Shown here: positions 37,452 through 48,890 of the stretch, one piece after another
Layout: each line of letters opens with the position of its first letter
Position numbering within the stretch: the stretch's first letter is position 1
Assembly: GCF_001194135.2 (NCBI RefSeq)
Contig: NC_068986.1
Location: 56,332,254-56,396,253, forward strand
Direction of reading: 5' to 3'
Length of the DNA: 64,000 bases
Origin: Octopus bimaculoides
Lineage: Eukaryota
The notes under the pieces: model-generated
The model's input: the letters and a program-made list of their open reading frames with translations, nothing else
Databases searched by the model: none
Told to the model about the DNA's origin: nothing
Made by a program: the position numbers and the translations under genes

Positions 37452-37835
37452 GTGGCTGTGTGGTAAGAAGCTTGCTTCCCGACCACATGGTTCTGGGTTT
37501 AGTCTCACTGTGTGGCACCTTAGGCAAGTGTCTTCTGCTATAGCCTCAGGTTGACCAAAGCTTTGTGAGTGGATTTGGTTGCCAGAAACTGGAAGAAGCC
37601 TGTCGTATATGTATATATATGTTTGTGTGTCTGTGTTTGTCCCCCCCACTATTGCTTGACAACCGATGTTGGTGTGTTTATGTCCCTGTAACTTAGCAAA
37701 TCAGCAAAAGAGACCTATAGAATAAGTACTAGGCTTACAAAGAATAAATCCTGGGGTTGATTTGTTCAACTAAAGGCAGTGCACCAGTATGGCCACAGTA
37801 AAATGACTGAAACAAGTAAAAGAATAAAAGAATAT
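37451..37835 (+). mobile_element. tRNA-derived SINE, family B, full-length sense copy
   Basis: CGTGGCTGTGTGGTAAGAAGCTTGCTTCCC..CCACATGGTTCTGGGTTTAGTC head; ends AAACAAGTAAAAGAATAAAAGAAT. Confidence 0.85.
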
Positions 37836-37914
37836 ATACACATACATACCCACATACATATCATATACACAAGCATACAGATACATGCATTACATACATA
37901 CACATATATATATG

Positions 37915-38070
37915 TGGTTGGCATTAGGAAGGGCATCCAGCTGTAGAAACTCTGCCAAATTAGATTGGAGCCTGGTGTAGCCATCCGGGTTGCACCAGTC
38001 CTCAGTCAAATCGTCCAACCCATGCTAGCATGGAAAGCGGACGTTAAACGATGATGATGATGATGATGAT

Positions 38071-38071
<1 letters not shown>
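37915..38071 (+). mobile_element. RTE 3' tail, family A
   Basis: GGTTGGCATTAGGAAGGGCATCCAG...GGACGTTAAACGATGATGAT. Confidence 0.85.
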
Positions 38072-38123
<52 letters not shown>

Positions 38124-40705
38124 CCATGTATATAGATATACATACATTTGCATATATATACACACAACTTGGTGCAAGTTGACTGGGAACCTGGGGCCCG
38201 TCAAAATTGTTCCCAATTGGGCTCTGCACATCCTAATGCCAGCCCTGCATATCTAAGTTGCAGGATGTTGTTGTAGATGGTAAAAGGCATCAATTAGGAT
38301 GTTTGGTTATGTTAGCCACAAAACAGTGCAATGGTCTTGGTCAACAGTGAATATGACATTCCACTATAAGGTGTGTGTGTGTACATTCAAGTAAGCCTGT
38401 ATATGTATAAACGTGTGTACATGTGAACCTGGATATGTGTACTACAGTTTCAATAAATGTATGGACTTATGATCTAGCTAATATGTTCTTTTAAGTGAAA
38501 GCAAGTTGTAAGTGATGAATTTAGTCGCTACTGTGTGTAGAATTGACTGGTTTGTTGACAACAGTATGTGTAGTAAATCTGTACTTCAAGAAGCATTATA
38601 TACAGGAGTCCTGTTTGTTGATGACTGGGCCATGTTCTTTGTACATCATTGTCTGAAGAATGAGCCAGGTTCTGTATGCAGTAACACATGTCAAAAGAAC
38701 TGGTAGGTTGCAAAATCTGTCTAACTATTGCTGATAAGCTTTCTTGCTGAAAGAGCTGTGATGGTTGTGCCACTGTTTGGCTGTGTGAGTGCTGTCAGCC
38801 ATTAGATATACCTGTTGATATAACAACATACTGAACACTGTTTAGTTAAGAGTTAATTATGTTGGGTATTGTATATATATTTGTATGTGTGAATTCATAT
38901 GACTAGCAAACCTCAAAATATAGTTCATCCTTTTTCATGAGAGATTCACTGCAGGGTTTTAACACACAAACAATATAATATTCGTTCCTACATATTGACT
39001 GGTATGAAGTAGACTCCAGACTGTAGAAATAGATTGCTTCAACAATTCATATGTAAATATCCAAATTTGCATAATCTACTTTACCTTTGCTGTCATGAAG
39101 AAACGTATAGAATTTTTAAAAAAAGCATAAAAGACCTAGTATTTTCTCGCTAACTATTTTAATATCAGCCTTCCTAAGACTGACTTCTTCATGAAAGACA
39201 ATATAATATATCAGTTATTAAATACTTGAAATATATTACAATAAAAGTTAGTTATTTAATGAAACTTTTCATAATTCTTATTTATTCTAAAAATTAAAAC
39301 CTACATATAGAAATATAGACATGAAAGCCTTAAGTAGTAAACAATCGTGAAAATTGTTTGCAGCTATTCCTTCATGTCTCTGCATTACATTTTTGGGAAA
39401 GCTAGACTCTGAGCTGCTACAATTATCCTCAATAACTCACTTCACAAAAACTTGACATAGTTTATATCCTAAGTATGAAAACATGCAAAGTTAACTATCT
39501 GAGATAACTGGAGAATAGTGGTGGTGGTGGTGGTTGTTCTTGTTTAGTTCCATTTCAGACCTATGATTAAAAAACATTTCAGTTGTGACTGTACTGTATA
39601 TATGTTTTGCTAGGACTTTGATTTGAGTGTCCTTTGTTTATGCTGTATTGTATAACTTGAAGACTGCATAAAAACTTTCTTCAGTGACTTGGGAAAATTG
39701 TAGTTTTTATCATTAAAGGGCCCTTTGGCCATCACTATATTGAAAATATTATACAAATACTGGCAGAGGAATACTAACCTCTCAGGAATCATTAGCAAGA
39801 GATTAAAGGCTGCTGAATTCACACTTCTGCTGTTTTAATATGTAAAGTCATACAAATAAATTTCTTTGGTTTAGGAATAACAGCTTTACAGCATTTATTT
39901 CCCTGAGTTAGGAAAACACTGCCAAGTTTTGAAAATATTCAAATTTGTGTGTTTTGATAATGTATGCCAGTAATACTGAGTCTTTCCGCAGTCATATTGG
40001 CTTGCAAGTGGTGGTGGTCATTTTGTGACTGATTGAAAAATTTGCCACAAATGTTAGGTCTGACATCATCATCATTTTATGTCTGTTTTCCATGTCAGCA
40101 TGGGTTGGACAGTTTGACTGGAGCTAGTAAAGCCAGGGGCATCACCAGGCTCCATTGTCTGTTCTAGCTTGGTTTCTCTGACTGGGAGCCCTTCCTAACA
40201 CCAACCACTCAACAATGTACTGGGTGCTTTTATGTGGTACCAGCACTGATATCAATTCTGCTATGGCAGATGAGTTTTCTTGAGTACAGCAATGCACCAG
40301 ATAGTCATCTCCTTTGTAAGGCTCAGTTCCTTAAGATTGTTCCTGGGACTACTTCTTCTACAAATATCTGTTAACCCTGGAAATTGCTACAAATACTAGT
40401 TTGACAATTTCTGATGATCTTTCCTGCCAGTATCATATATCAAAAAACTACTTCCATCCCAAAAAGTAACTTTTCTCTTGATCAGAGCCAAGAAATACAT
40501 CAGCCTTCATCAGCTACTATCTACAGGCTCAAGTAAGATTTGCATTAAAATACTATTCTCACATCTGAGACAGCAGTGCTACTAACATACACATCCAAAA
40601 CAAGGTCATTATCAATAAACACAAGTTTTGTAAAAGTAAATCTATAACCATACTACACCTTCTGTTATGTTTGCTAACATTTTAATGTTTTTATTTTCCA
40701 AACAG

Positions 40706-40817
40706 ACTCTACCACTCCTTCAGCTAAATCTGGAACCCAGGTTTTGTCTCCTTCACGCTCTGTTGATTCTCAGCTTAATAATTTGAACTTGATATCACCA
40801 GCATCAGAATTTCACAA
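40706..40817 (+). CDS. MELK: MELK linker exon ((D)STTPSAKSGTQVLSPSRSVDSQLNNLNLISPASEFH(K))
   Basis: ttattttccaaacAG acceptor and GTAAGT donor at 40818; 112 bp, phase 1-2, fitting both neighbours. SPSRSVD resembles the conserved MELK SP..RSV motif. Absent from the ORF track. Confidence 0.8.
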
Positions 40818-41543
40818 GTAAGTATTAATCATCACCTATACAATTACCATTATCATTGTTTTAACATCTAATTTCCCATGCTTGCATGAGTCAGATAAGA
40901 CTATATTGAGACAGTTTTCTATGGCTTGATTCTTTTTCTGATGTTAAATCTCATCTCTTCCCAAGCAAGGTGATAAACCCCCAAGTCTCTCAAACAATGA
41001 ACAACTTGAATATGCTTTTGCAGTGGACTGTGAGTAAATGCCACCTTCTGTGCACACACGCACTTGCACACACACACATACACAAAAGCCTTTTTTAGTT
41101 TCCATTTACTGTTTACATCCACAAGGTAATGATAATCTGGTTAACCCACAGCTACAATAAAAGACACCAGCTGACAGTCCTTAAAGTTGAGTTGAGTCAA
41201 ACTCCTAACCACATGCTTCTGAAGCCAGCTTTTTAACTGCACGGCTGTGCCTGTATAAGCATATTGACTTTATTTATTAAAAAAACAAAAAAAAAACAAA
41301 ACAAAACAAAAAAACTTAGTTGTTGTCATTTAGCTCTAAATCATTCTTGATTATGATCAATGATGTTCCAGACATGGCCATGCAGTTTTTCTGGACTAAA
41401 TTATCCACGTTTCCCTTTATAATTTCAAGTGGGGTTTGTTTGCTACTTCTAGCATGTTCAGCACCCCCTTAAGGAGCTATTTCACTCATTAAGATGTTGG
41501 TTGCTGAAAGATTCTCAGAAACTTGCTGACTTCACACTACATT

Positions 41544-41604
<61 letters not shown>

Positions 41605-41605
41605 A

Positions 41606-41638
<33 letters not shown>

Positions 41639-43250
41639 GGTGGGTTGGGGTGATAAAGTTCCAGTACAAGGTGTTGGATTGGCAGAATTAATAAAGCATT
41701 AGACATGGTCCCTTGTGGCATGTATTCTGGATCTTTACATTCTGAGTTCAAATTCTACCTAAGTACTGATGGTTAAAGCTAATCACATGATGATAGGAGT
41801 ACTCCATTCATCTCATAACAGACAAACAGGACTACGACCAACAACAGCATGATGAGATTTCAATATATAAATATATATGTATAATTTGTTCTTTCCCTCT
41901 TTGGGCTCTTGTATCACTATTCTATAGCAGTAAATCCTGAAACTCTGGTAACATTTATTTATAAAATGGTTTTCTATGTATTATAAATTCCTTATGCACA
42001 AACTTCATTCAGTTGTGCCTTGCTTCACATGTAACAGTAGCATTGATTGTGGTATTTGCTAATCAGCCACAAACTTGTATCTTTAAAAGACAAATCTACA
42101 GTGTCGAAAAGACGCTTCCAACATTGCTCCAAGCATCAGATATCCAAGCTAAACATCAACTGTATCAATCTCACTGGTCTGTGACAGTCATAGACACTGC
42201 TCTTACTGTCTTATCAAACCTTTAAAAACATTAGATGGGTCCACTGCAGGGTCATTTGACCTGTTAGAAATAGGAGCTAAATTTCTCTCAAACCATATTT
42301 CGTTCATTGATATAGAAGTACATATTGGATAACATAGGTAGAGATTTCAGTTGTTTTGTTTTCAGGTTTTCAGAATAGATGTACCATATTGCTCTGTAGT
42401 GTAAGGGGTTATTAAAAGTGATGGTATCAAGAAGGGCATCCAGTTGCAGAGTAATCATGATGGTTAGGGTGTCTATGCTTTTGATCAGGACTGACACCGG
42501 GCTAATGTTGATAATAATTTCATAGTCAATAGAAACCAATGATTTATGACTAAATAGCTTAGCTTTAACCCTTTGCTAGTCCTGTATATCACATGTGATC
42601 CATAAGACATATTTCTCTGGCATCCATGCATTATAATATACGTTCCCAATTTTTTTCAACTATCAGCATAACTTGGGACTAAGGAAAAGAAAGCTTTATA
42701 TTAATTAGAACATATGAAACAAGAGCTAATTAAAAGTCTGCAAGCAAGCATGAACATCTAGGACAAACTTATGAAAATATTTTGGACAAACAAAATTATT
42801 AGGTAAAAATCATTTCCAGAATAAGAAAGAGAATGTTTGGAGTAACTGCAAGACCTTTTAAGCATGTGAAAATGTGGATCAACTCTGTAAACTAATATTC
42901 TTTGTGATATTATTCTGCCTGCAATATCCAGGAAGTAAATCATTAAAAGTGTTGGCAGCATTTCTCACTTTGGTATTATCATTACATGCAATCACCTAAA
43001 GCTTGAGACACAGTGATTTGGAGATTATTCTTGTGATGTTAAGGGTTATGTACATAGAAGTGTCAAGTGTGCAGAGTTAAAAAAAAAAATCTTTATCTTC
43101 TTTCAGTATTTCTATATCAACAGTTTGTTTAGCTCTTTATATCTAGTACCATGTGGTGGGTAGAAACATTGTCAAACTACTAGTGTTGTAAGGCTTATTA
43201 TTTGTTATTGTACTTTCAGTGGTTTTTTTTTTTTCCTTTTTGTTTATTAG

Positions 43251-43410
43251 AGCAACATCTTTGGACACAGATCTACATCATAGTGGATTTGATCGCAATT
43301 CTGAGAGGAAGTCCTTCAGAAAGAATGGTATGTTCGGCAGTTTGGAAAAAGTCTTCAAGATGTTCAGTCCCAGGGGCAAATATATTGGAGCAGGGCCTCG
43401 TAAAGTAAAG
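43251..43410 (+). CDS. MELK: MELK exon before KA1 (ATSLDTDLHHSGFDRNSERKSFRKNGMFGSLEKVFKMFSPRGKYIGAGPRKVK)
   Basis: T-tract plus AG at 43249-43250, GTTAGT at 43411; 160 bp, phase 2-0. FGSLE and GPR.K motifs as in MELK. Confidence 0.9.
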
Positions 43411-43714
43411 GTTAGTGTTTGCATACTGTAAATTTAATTGTACTTGGTAAAATTGTGTTGCTTATGCAGATGCTTCTGCTTTCTGAGCTTCCAGTTTACA
43501 AGTTTACTTCTTTACAAAAATTTTCTGGGGCAAAAATAAGGAAGCATTGAAGCCAGAGTGAGAATTTGTTGTAAAAAATTCATGGAGCTATTATTTTTAT
43601 TGGCAATAAAAAGATTTTCTTTTCAAGTAAAGGGCAGATTTTATGATGTATGTATCTGAAGCTTTATGCTGCATGGTACCAAAACCTGAGCATTAAATAC
43701 AGAGATTGTATAAA

Positions 43715-44560
43715 AGCTGGAAAGAAATGAAGCATATATGCTTCAGTGGATGTGTAATGCTAGTGTACTTGAATGACAGAGCACAAATGAGTTGAAGAAT
43801 GATATGTAGTGTGCAAGAAAAGTCTGAGCTATTGTGGTCATGTGGTGTGTGTGTGTGTGGAGGATAACAGTTGAATAAAGAAGTGCAAAGTGATCCCTGT
43901 GGAAGGAACTTTGGAATAGGAAGACCAAGCAAGACATAGTAAGAAATGATAAAGACCTTATCTCAGGGGTGCTGAAACTCATAAAAATGATGACAAAGGA
44001 TCACAAGTCATAAGATACTGTGTTGGAAAATATTTGTCCAGCCCACACAATCATGAGAAAATGGATGTGAAATGATGATGGGGATAATACCAACCTGTCT
44101 GAGAAAGCTAGTGATTCTTTGATATAAAACTCTGTTAATGTATGTTCATATGCAAATTTGCCTGCCATTGTAATTTTATATAAGTACATTTTGTTATGTT
44201 TCTAACATGAAACTTGATCATTAGAAAGTTATTTGACTAAATTCCTCTGCAGGAACCCACTCTGCCCAATTCTCACTCATATTAATCTCCTGATCCCCTA
44301 GCATAAAGCTGACCCCACACCTTGCTCATCGCTTGCAGTCCTGCGAACTACATGACAACCTCAATAGTGCCAGTGGCACCAAAAGAGCACCCAGTCCATG
44401 CTATAAAGTGATTAGCATTAGAAAGGGCATCCAACTGTAAAACCATGCCAAAGCAGACATTGGAACTCAATGTAGACCTTGGACACATTGGATCCTGTCA
44501 AACTGTCCAACCTGTGACAGTCTGGAACATGAACATTAAATGATGGTGATGAAAATGATG
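43715..44560 (+). mobile_element. Highly decayed RTE 3' ORF end and family-A tail
   Basis: ATGCTTCAGTGGATGTGTAATGCTAGTG.. resembles the MLRWMCNVSV segment at 25485; family-A tail at about 44320-44560. Confidence 0.6.
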
Positions 44561-44689
44561 AAGCAGTATTTTTCAATAGAGGACATGGTCACAAAAATGG
44601 GTTGTCTTTAAACGGACAGAAAGCTAACATTTTTCTTTAATTCTTAATCATTATTTTATTTATTCTTGTCTCTTTATCTCTCTTTTCAG

Positions 44690-44793
44690 ACGATTCACAA
44701 TGTGTTCAGAACAGAGCAGTATAGTCCTGAATTAGTGTTGTCTAAATTAAAGGATGCAATACATAAGAAATATATAGGCCTCAATCAGTCAGA
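44690..44793 (+). CDS. MELK: MELK KA1 domain exon 1 (TIHNVFRTEQYSPELVLSKLKDAIHKKYIGLNQS)
   Basis: tcttttcAG acceptor and GTAAGT donor at 44794; 104 bp, phase 0-2. NV.....P..L....L pattern of the KA1 N-terminal half. Confidence 0.88.
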
Positions 44794-45385
44794 GTAAGTA
44801 TGTTGTCATCATTGTCTTACATAAACACACGCACAGTACCATGTTTGATAATATTAAAACTATCAAAAAATTATAGAGCTCCATATAGGTGTAATGTATT
44901 GATATTCATAAAGCAATATAAGTGGACCACTGGAGGTCAAGGGGGAGGGCTACCCAGGTTTTTGCAGTCTTGCATGCCTTCTCTCTCTTCTTGAATGAGT
45001 CTCTCTTTAACACACACAGAGGACAAGCTTTTTCTAGTTTCTGTCTACCAAATCTACAAACAAGTCTATGGTTGGCCTGGGACTATGGTAGAAGACACTT
45101 ATCCAAGGTGTCATGCTGTGGGGCTGAACCTGAAACTTTATAGTTGTGGAATGGACTTCGTGTGTGTGTCTGTGTGTGTGTGTGTAAAGCGTGCTGGTGC
45201 TTTGCGCAATTCTTCTAACGACTCTGCCTTTTTTTTAATCTCATGGATTGCTCATCACAAGATACTCTAAGTAGTGATAGTGTTAATCATCATCTTTGGA
45301 TGAATGAATAAACCCTACAATACACATTAAAATATTTTTTCTTCATTATTTATCTAAACAAATATATATGTATTGCTTTTTCTAG

Positions 45386-45563
45386 GTATGTACTTCGATG
45401 TTATGTATCTGATGATAAAGGGAAAGTGAAACTTGCTTTCAATTTGGAGGTTTGTGCTATGCCAAAATTGCCTTTTGTTGGCATTAGGTGCAAAAGAGTA
45501 AAAGGTGACACATGGCAGTATAAGAAGTTTTGTGAAGATATAATTAAATCATCAGACATATAG
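45386..45563 (+). CDS. MELK: MELK last coding exon, KA1 domain (YVLRCYVSDDKGKVKLAFNLEVCAMPKLPFVGIRCKRVKGDTWQYKKFCEDIIKSSDI*)
   Basis: AG at 45384-45385, phase 2 start, TAG at 45561-45563. Matches KA1 consensus Y.L.C...D.GKV...F.LEVC......VGIR..R.KGD.W.YK...EDI. Confidence 0.95.
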
Positions 45564-45723
45564 GTGAGTTACTTGAACAAATGTTATTCAGCATTAAATT
45601 GCAGTTTACTGATAAGAGCTGATTTGGTGTATTGTGATTATCCTGAATTTTATTTTATTTGCTGTCTTTAGTTTTATTATAGTAGTAGAAATTATTTTCA
45701 TTACTATTATTATGATTATTAAA

Positions 45724-46770
45724 TAAGGCAGCAAGCTGGCAGAATCGTTAGCATGATGAGAAAAATGCTTAACGATGTTTCTTCCAACTTAATATTCTGA
45801 GTTCCATTACCACCGAGGTTGACTTTGCCTTTCATCCTTTCGGGCTCAATAATATAAGTACCAGTTGAGTTCTGGGGTTGATGTAATCAACTTGCCCCTC
45901 CCTGAAAATTGCTGGCCCTGTGCCAAAATTGAAACCATTATTATTATTATTAAAGTTTTTACATCCTATTTTAGTTAACAGGGATGTTGTTTGAGATCTG
46001 GTGACAGCAACTCTTTTTAAATATCCTTTCTTAGGATTCTTGTGGAAGGCAGATTTGCACTTTTCTGCAAGTCAGCAATGTGAGTCTCAGTTCCATTATC
46101 TTTCAGCTTCTTTGGTAGCAGTTTTGGGTGTTGTACTGAGTGCACCTTAATCTTCCACTGCATTTTTGGCTTTATGTCTTCACTACAATTAATTATTATT
46201 AGGGGTTGGTGGTGGACTGGCTGTATTGTTAGAACAGTGGCTAAAATGCTTTGCAGTATTTGTCTAGGTCTTTATCTTCTGAGTTAAACTCCTGCTAATT
46301 TCAACTCTGCCTTTCATCCTGGTAAAAGTACCAGTCAAATACTGGAATCAGTTTAATTGACCTATCTTTACTTCCCTCTCTATAAAATTCTGACCTTGTA
46401 TTTATGTTAGAAATTATTATTTTTTACAAGGCTAAGGCAGCGATCTGGCAGAACCCTTAGCATACCGGGCATTAGCAACATTTTGTCTGTCCTTACGTTC
46501 TGAGTTCAAATTCCGCCAAGGTTGACTTTGCCTTTCATCCTTTCAGGGTCAGTGAAATAAGTACCAGTTGAAAGCTGGGGGTCGATATAATTGACAAGAC
46601 TCCTACCCAAAATTTCAGGCCTTGTACCTTTAGTAGAAAGGATTATTTACAAGGCTGGTAGATTTACAGAACTTTAAAAATATTAGACATAATGCTTAGC
46701 AGCATTTAGTTGGTATTTGCTCTCTGAGTTCAAATCCCACTAAACTCAGCTTTGTCTTTCATCCTTCCAT
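45724..46770 (+). mobile_element. Cluster of family-C SINE copies in tandem orientation
   Basis: Copies at about 45724-45950, 46205-46420, 46433-46650 and 46652-46770 (partial), with repeated CTGAGTTCAAATTCC and CTTTGCCTTTCATCC blocks. Confidence 0.8.
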
Positions 46771-46774
46771 TCAT

Positions 46775-47460
46775 CGTTTTCGCCAACCACTCCTGGAAGG
46801 ATTGTTGGGGTAGCATTTTCAGGCACCTCCCCCATAAAGTCATATCTGAAAAACAACTGTCATTAACCCTTTAGCATTCACATAATTCTGTCAAAATTAA
46901 TGATTTTTATATTCACATTATTTTGAATTAATCATGCATTATCTTGTAGCTATGAGATTTTGATGAGGTAACAATTTTTAGAATGATATTGTAGGGTTGG
47001 GATGAAGGGCTAGATTTGGACAATGTGAATGTAAAACAGGTAGAATATTATGGCCGGTTTAAATGCTAAAGCGTTTCTGGCTGGATTCCCTTGTGTGGCC
47101 AACTGAGTTTTTGGATATTATCCAGCCATTTCATTCTTGGTCTATCTTTAAATCTTTGACTGGTTGGATTGGCTTGAAGAATCCATCTTGTGATTTTTTC
47201 CTGTGATATTCTAACCACCTGTAGTACTGGAGCTGTGATTTCTCAATGCAGAGGAGTAGTGGCTCAACCTGACAAAACTCCTTGATTTCCACCTACACTT
47301 CCTGTTGAGTAATATTACTCCAGAGATCCTTCAGAGGAATCCCATTCTGGACAATTGTATTTGTGATTGTACTCTTTTGATCATTACCTGACATTAATAG
47401 ATGAGAATAGGCATGTAAACCAAATTGAAGATAACAAGTTTTGGATTTTTTACCAACTTC
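46775..47460 (-). mobile_element. RTE (Expander/Rex3-like) ORF C-terminus fragment interrupted by a MITE
   Basis: Minus frame KITRWILQANPTSQRFKDRPRMKWLDNIQKLSWPHKGIQPET (about 47072-47197), continuing left of the MITE. Not in the ORF track. Confidence 0.7.
46867..47071. mobile_element. Second copy of the TTAA MITE, inverted relative to 27910-28129
   Basis: TTAA|CCCTTTAGCATT on the left; internal sequence is the reverse complement of the first copy; right end AAATGCTAAAG is truncated. Confidence 0.8.
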
Positions 47461-48194
47461 TCATCTTTTGAGATCTTTTCAGGGTCAATATAATAAAGTA
47501 CCAGTCAGATACCAGGGTGAAATTAATGCAATAACCTTTCCTCATAAATCTGTGACTTTCTGCCTATGTTAGAAATTATTTTTATAGGCATAGCAGAATA
47601 GACTGAGTGAGACAAAATATTTTTTATGATATTTGGCTAACTTTTCAACATTCTGGAATTAATGAAGTACCACTGTTTGAATGAAGTCCTATGATGGAAA
47701 TTTTTACAGTATTATTAACATCATTTTTTGAAGTCTATCTTCCATGCTGCCATAGATTGGTTAGCTTAACAAGATCTGATGGATCCAAAGATTGCATTGT
47801 GCTCCACTGTCTGCTTTAACATGGGTTTCTGTTGCAAGATGCCCTTCCTAATGCTAACCACTTTACAGATATTATATTTTATAGTATGGGAGTCTTTTTT
47901 GCATAGCACTAGCGAGGTCACTATGCAGTTCACAAGACTAAGATCCCCTTCAACTAAGTGAGGTTATAGTAGAAAAGGAGGTAGCATTATGCTAAGTGAC
48001 AAAGTGTTGAAGTATGAAAGAAGAGACCAGAACAAGTTTTTGCTGTAGAGCTGCTACATTGGCTACTCTCTTTATTGAGAAGTTGATGGGAGTAATTGGT
48101 GTGGAGTTGAAAAGAGAAATAAAATAGTGATGACATTTCAAAGTAGATCTGCAAGATGTATGAAGGTGAATGCTATTTGTTATATATATATATA

Positions 48195-48890
48195 TCATCA
48201 TCATCATCATCATCGTTTAACGTCCGCTTTCCATGCTAGCATGGGTTGGACGATTTGACTGAGGACTGGTGCAACCGGATGGCTACACCAGGCTCCAATC
48301 TAATTTGGCAGAGTTTCTACAGCTGGATGCCCTTCCTAACGCCAACCACTCAGAGAGTGTAGTGGGTGCTTTTACGTGTCACCCGCACGAAAATGGCCAC
48401 GCTCGAAATGGTGTCTTTTATGTGCCACCCGCACAAGAGCCAGTCCAGGGGCACTGGCAACGATCTCGCTCGAAAACCCTACAAGGCCAGTCAGGCGGTA
48501 CTGGCAACGGTCACGCTCAGGATGGTACATCTTATGTGNNNNNNNNNNNNNNNNNNNNNNNNNNNNNNNNNNNNNNNNNNNNNNNNNNNNNNNNNNNNNG
48601 CACAGCACGTTTCCAAAGGTCTCGGTCAGTAGTCATCGCCTCGGTGAGGCCCAATGTTCGAAGGTCTTGCCTCACCACCTCAGCCCAGGTCTTCCTGGGC
48701 CTACCTCTTCCACGGGTTCCCTCAACTGTTAGGGAGTGGCACTTTTTCACGCAGCTATCCTCATTCATTCTCACCACATGTCCAAACCAGCGCAATCGTC
48801 TCTCTTGCACACCACTACTGATGCTTCTTATGTTCAGCTTTTCTCTCAAGATACTTACACTCTGACGGGTATGCACATTTACATTACACA
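48195..48890 (-). mobile_element. Young 5'-truncated RTE LINE copy (ORF C-terminus plus 3' UTR)
   Basis: Uninterrupted minus ORF MCNVNVHTRQSVSILREKL...LRWFGHVVRM...RGRGRPRKTWAEVVRQDL; family-A tail with (CAT)n at about 48195; internal N gap. Confidence 0.92.

Noticed and set aside
37451-37525. tRNA-like heads of SINEs as tRNA genes
   Set aside because: No complete cloverleaf or acceptor stem; they continue into multi-copy SINE bodies.
45409-45440. CTGATGA followed by GAAA inside the KA1 exon
   Set aside because: No stem II, III or I pairing; explained by codons for SDDKGKVK. Other CTGATGA hits (about 4733, 35402, 59565) also lack the fold.
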